Shown here piece after piece: positions 60,521-64,000 of a stretch of DNA of 64,000 bases. The position numbers and the translations under genes are program-made. Under the pieces are notes generated by a model that saw nothing but the letters and a program-made list of their open reading frames with translations, was not told where the DNA came from and ran no database searches. Positions within the stretch are counted from its first letter, which is position 1. Every line of letters begins with the position of its first letter. The stretch lies in the NCBI RefSeq assembly GCF_009914755.1, contig NC_060933.1. One strand, written 5' to 3'. Origin of the DNA: the human T2T-CHM13v2.0 reference genome, Homo sapiens.

Positions 60521-61693
60521 GATAGCAATAACAATCATAAAATTAATGTATAAATATATTTAAGAGAAAATATTAAATGTACAAAAAGAGAAGGACAAAG
60601 GAATTGCAGTGAGGATTTAAAGATAAGAAAAGACTATAGTAATCAATAATCAGTAACTAGAGTTTCTATCTCCAAACATGATAACTTGAGATACCCATAA
60701 TTAGTATTAGTTAATATTAAAAGACTAAATTTTCCTCTTGAATACATTTCCCAAAGTATCTTCTTTGGGTTTCTTATTGAGGTATGCTGGGATGAGGCAA
60801 CTTAGTGTTTGGTGAGCAAAGTTTGCTAATATTGTTTCTCTAACATGCTAAATAACTTGCTCATCATGGCGATAAGGAACTATGCCTATTCTAGCACTAT
60901 CCTCATTCCATATCACAGCAAAGATGTATTCCTATTTTGTTATTCATGAATTTCTCTACATATTAGTGACCAATTGTGCTGTAGATTGTTGGAAATAGCA
61001 AACAATTGGTCAAATCATCAAACTTTGTGTATAGATGCAGCCAAAATCAAACTTTTTTTTTTAAGTGCTTGAGTTGAGCGACTCACAGTTCAAAGTTTAC
61101 ACCCATTTATTCTCAAAAGTTACTCTGTGAAGAAAAATCCATGCTATATTTTACAGATCTACTGTAAGACACACTCACTTTTTTTGCACATTTTTAAATT
61201 CCGTTTCCTATGCTTTCTATTATTATTTGGATAGCATTGGGGGAAGAAAACTTTAATCATAAAATCAATACTTTAGATCCAAACTCATGAATTCATTACC
61301 ATAGACCAGTGAAATGCAAGTCTCAGGCCCTGAAAGTTTTCAGTTCTGTCCCTGATGCTGATCCATGCATCCATTAAAGTCTTCTTTTTCAGCCTTTACT
61401 AAATTAAGATATTTAAAATGGACTGATGTATGTGATACATGAGAAAAGTACTATAAAGCTAAGGAGCCCAATCAAAGGAGTTTGCAAAATAGACAGCGAC
61501 TATCAGACAATCTTCTGCATTCACTTGCGCCACAGTGTTCACTACTAAATTTTATTAATAACTGGATAATTTGCAAAGGTACATATGCTTCAGGAGGTAA
61601 ATGTAATGCTAAATATGCTCTGTGTGCTAGGGCTATGGACACACACCTACTTGAGATTAAACTGATACAAAATTGGGACAATAAGCTTTACAA

Positions 61694-61880
61694 CTATATT
61701 AGATCTATATCTCCTTTTTTCCACACTGAGAATCCTGGTTTTCTAGGCTAAAGTTAGAATAGATTAAAATTTCCCATGATTAATAATCTATGTTAGATCT
61801 ATATCTCGTTTTTGCACACTGACAATCCTGTTTTTCTAGGTTAAAGTTACCATAGATTAAAATTTCCTGTGATTAATAAT
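61694..61880. repeat. 94/93-bp two-copy tandem duplication
   Basis: 61694-61787 versus 61788-61880: about 10 substitutions and 1 indel. Confidence 0.95.
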
Positions 61881-61893
61881 TTGCTTTATTTCA

Positions 61894-62329
61894 TTTTATG
61901 AGTTGAATTGTGCCTCCCAAAAGATGTTGAAGTCATAACTGCCAATACCTGTGAATGTGGCCTTATTTGGAAATAGGGTCTCTGCAGATGATGAAGTTAA
62001 GATGAGGTCATTAGAGTGGGCCCTAATCAAATACGACTGTGTCCTTATAAAAATATGAAATTTGGACACAAAGACAGAGAAACAGAGAGAGAAGACAATG
62101 TGAAGACACAGGAAGAACCCCATCTAATAGCCAAAGAAAACCTGGGGCTAGCCAGAGGCTAAGAGAAACCATGGAACAGAGTCTTCCTCAGAGACTTGAG
62201 AAGGAACCAATCATGCTGACACCTAGATTTCAGGCTTCTAGACTGAAGAAATGTGAGGCAATGAATTTCTGTTGTTTAAGCTAACCAGTTTGTGGTATTT
62301 TGTTTTGGCAGCTCTAGCAAACTAACACA
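61894..62329 (+). mobile_element. MLT1B/C-like MaLR LTR
   Basis: 'ttatgagttgaattgtgcctccc...ccttatttggaaatagggtctctgcagatg...ggcagctctagcaaactaacaca'. Confidence 0.88.
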
Positions 62330-62399
62330 TTCTGTAATACCAAAAAACAGATATGAAAGTTCAATATTAATATTACTATATCTTTTATAATACCTGAAA

Positions 62400-63130
62400 C
62401 TAGTTACATTTTTGTATACCTTCTTCTTCCCCCATTTGTAAATATAGCATGATATCTATATCATAAAAAAATAGCCATCACATACTGTACTCTATCTCTA
62501 TTAATTGAACTTTCATTTATTCATAGTTTTATAAGTAACCATATAGTTGACATTCATGACCTATTCATAAGTCTATCTCTGTCTATTATTTTGGTTGTCT
62601 GAAGCTTCTTATCTAGTAGATTCCTGAGGAAGAGTTCATTGGGAAAGTATTCCCTATTTCATTTTACTTTAATAATTTTTTGATCCTACTATACTATAGA
62701 TTTTGCTAAATATAAAATCCTTGGCTCACATTTTTTTCTTTGAGTATTTTAAATGTGTTGGTTCCATGTCATCTGGAATTATTACTGTTAACAAGACTAA
62801 AAGTTACTAAATTTTCATTTTCTTATAAGTCACCTTTTCTTTTTGCCTAGATATCCAAAGGATATTTTTTCCAGTTATTTCACTAGTTATTCACAGAACA
62901 TCTCTTGATGTTGGTCATTCTGGGGCAATATTCTCAGGTATGGAGTATGTTTTTTCATACGTATGTATATGTTTGTGTGTGTGTGTATATATACATCAAA
63001 AGTTTATATATATATCAAATGACATTTTAGTTTTTTATTGTACTTTTTCTTCTGATACATCTATTATGCGTATGAAGGGTCTTCTTAGCACATATATTCA
63101 ATAATTGCCATTTTCTCTACTCCTTGTCTA
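62400..63130 (-). mobile_element. old L1M (ORF1-region) antisense relic
   Basis: 'attttgctaaatataaaatccttggctcaca' is homologous to 46895-46920 of the L1PA8. Confidence 0.55.
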
Positions 63131-63398
63131 TTTGTAAAAATTAAAAAACAAAACAAAACAAAATCAATGTACCCAATATGTTTGAGCTTATTTCAGACCT
63201 ATCTCCTCTTGAATCCTTAAGCCAAATATTAATGTAACCTGGCAACTATGTTCTTCTTTTCCCAGAAGTGTTTTCACTATCCTAGGTGACTTGTATTTTC
63301 ATACAGATTTCAAAATAAGTTCATAAATAAATATCTTCAAGAAGGCTTGCTAGTATGTTTATAGAAATTGTGTTGTATCTATAGAATAATTTAACATC

Positions 63399-63762
63399 TG
63401 ATATGGTTTGGCTCTGTGACCCCCACCCAAATCTAATCTCAAATTGTAATTCCCCACGTGTCTAGGGAGGGACCTGCTGGGAGGTGATTGGATCTTGAGG
63501 GCAATTTCCCTCATGCTGTTCTGTGATAGTAAGGGAGTTCTCACAAGATCCGGTTTTTTGGTTTTTGTTTTTGTGTTTCTTTTTTTTTTGATAAAAGTCT
63601 AGTGCTTGCCCCTGCTCCTGCTCTCTCTCTTCTGCCGCCTTGTGAAGAAGGTGCTTGCTTCTGCTTTGTCTTCCACCATGATTTTAAGTTTCCTGAGGCC
63701 TTCCAAGTTATGCAAAAGTGTGAGTTAACTAAACCTTTTTTATTTATAAATTACCAAATCTT
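63399..63762 (+). mobile_element. THE1D-like MaLR LTR, 3'-truncated
   Basis: Starts TGATATGGTTTGGCTCTGTG; 'gccgccttgtgaagaaggtgc', 'aagtttcctgaggcc', 'tttataaattacc'. Confidence 0.88.
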
Positions 63763-63764
63763 AC

Positions 63765-64000
63765 CTGAATATGGTAAGTCTCAATTGATTTAGGTCTTTT
63801 TTAAATTTTTTTGAGCAAAATTCTATAGTTTTAAGACCTTTTAAATAATTTGCTAAATTTATGCCTAATTATTTCAGTTTTATTCCATTGAAACTGGTAT
63901 CTGAAAATTTTAATTTCTATTTATTCATTGCCAGCATAAAGAAATACAACTGGACTTTCTCTCATTGACCTTGTACACCATGAGCTCAGTAAATTAATTT
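63765..64000 (-). mobile_element. old L1M ORF2 fragment running off the window end
   Basis: 'tattcattgccagcataaagaaatacaactg...ttgaccttgta' is homologous to 44425-44480. Confidence 0.65.

Overview
This is primate (most likely human) AT-rich, CpG-depleted, repeat-dense nuclear DNA that looks intergenic or deep-intronic. I found no convincing protein-coding exon, RNA gene, CpG-island promoter or prokaryotic-type system. Every ORF in the track with recognisable homology is a broken LINE-1 ORF1/ORF2 piece; the rest are microsatellite read-throughs or chance ORFs. The largest elements are a 5'-truncated L1PA4-like element (+, 15258-19375, exact 13-bp TSD) and a full-length but dead L1PA8-like element (-, ~42655-49066). 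The window also holds older L1M mosaics, three Alus, about a dozen MaLR/ERV1 solo LTRs, L2/MIR/L3 relics and microsatellites. Subfamily names come from my recollection of consensus sequences, not a database search, and boundaries of old repeats are approximate. The most interesting unexplained structure is a 123-nt imperfect palindrome (13566-13688), nearly gap-free, in unique motif-rich DNA; it may be an exapted ancient palindromic element or a structured RNA. Three loci (41246-41311, 45126-45181, 52264-52810) are patchworks of inverted and direct copies of their own flanks, resembling fossil templated-insertion (Pol theta or template-switch) scars. I do not see evidence for a complete novel biological system.
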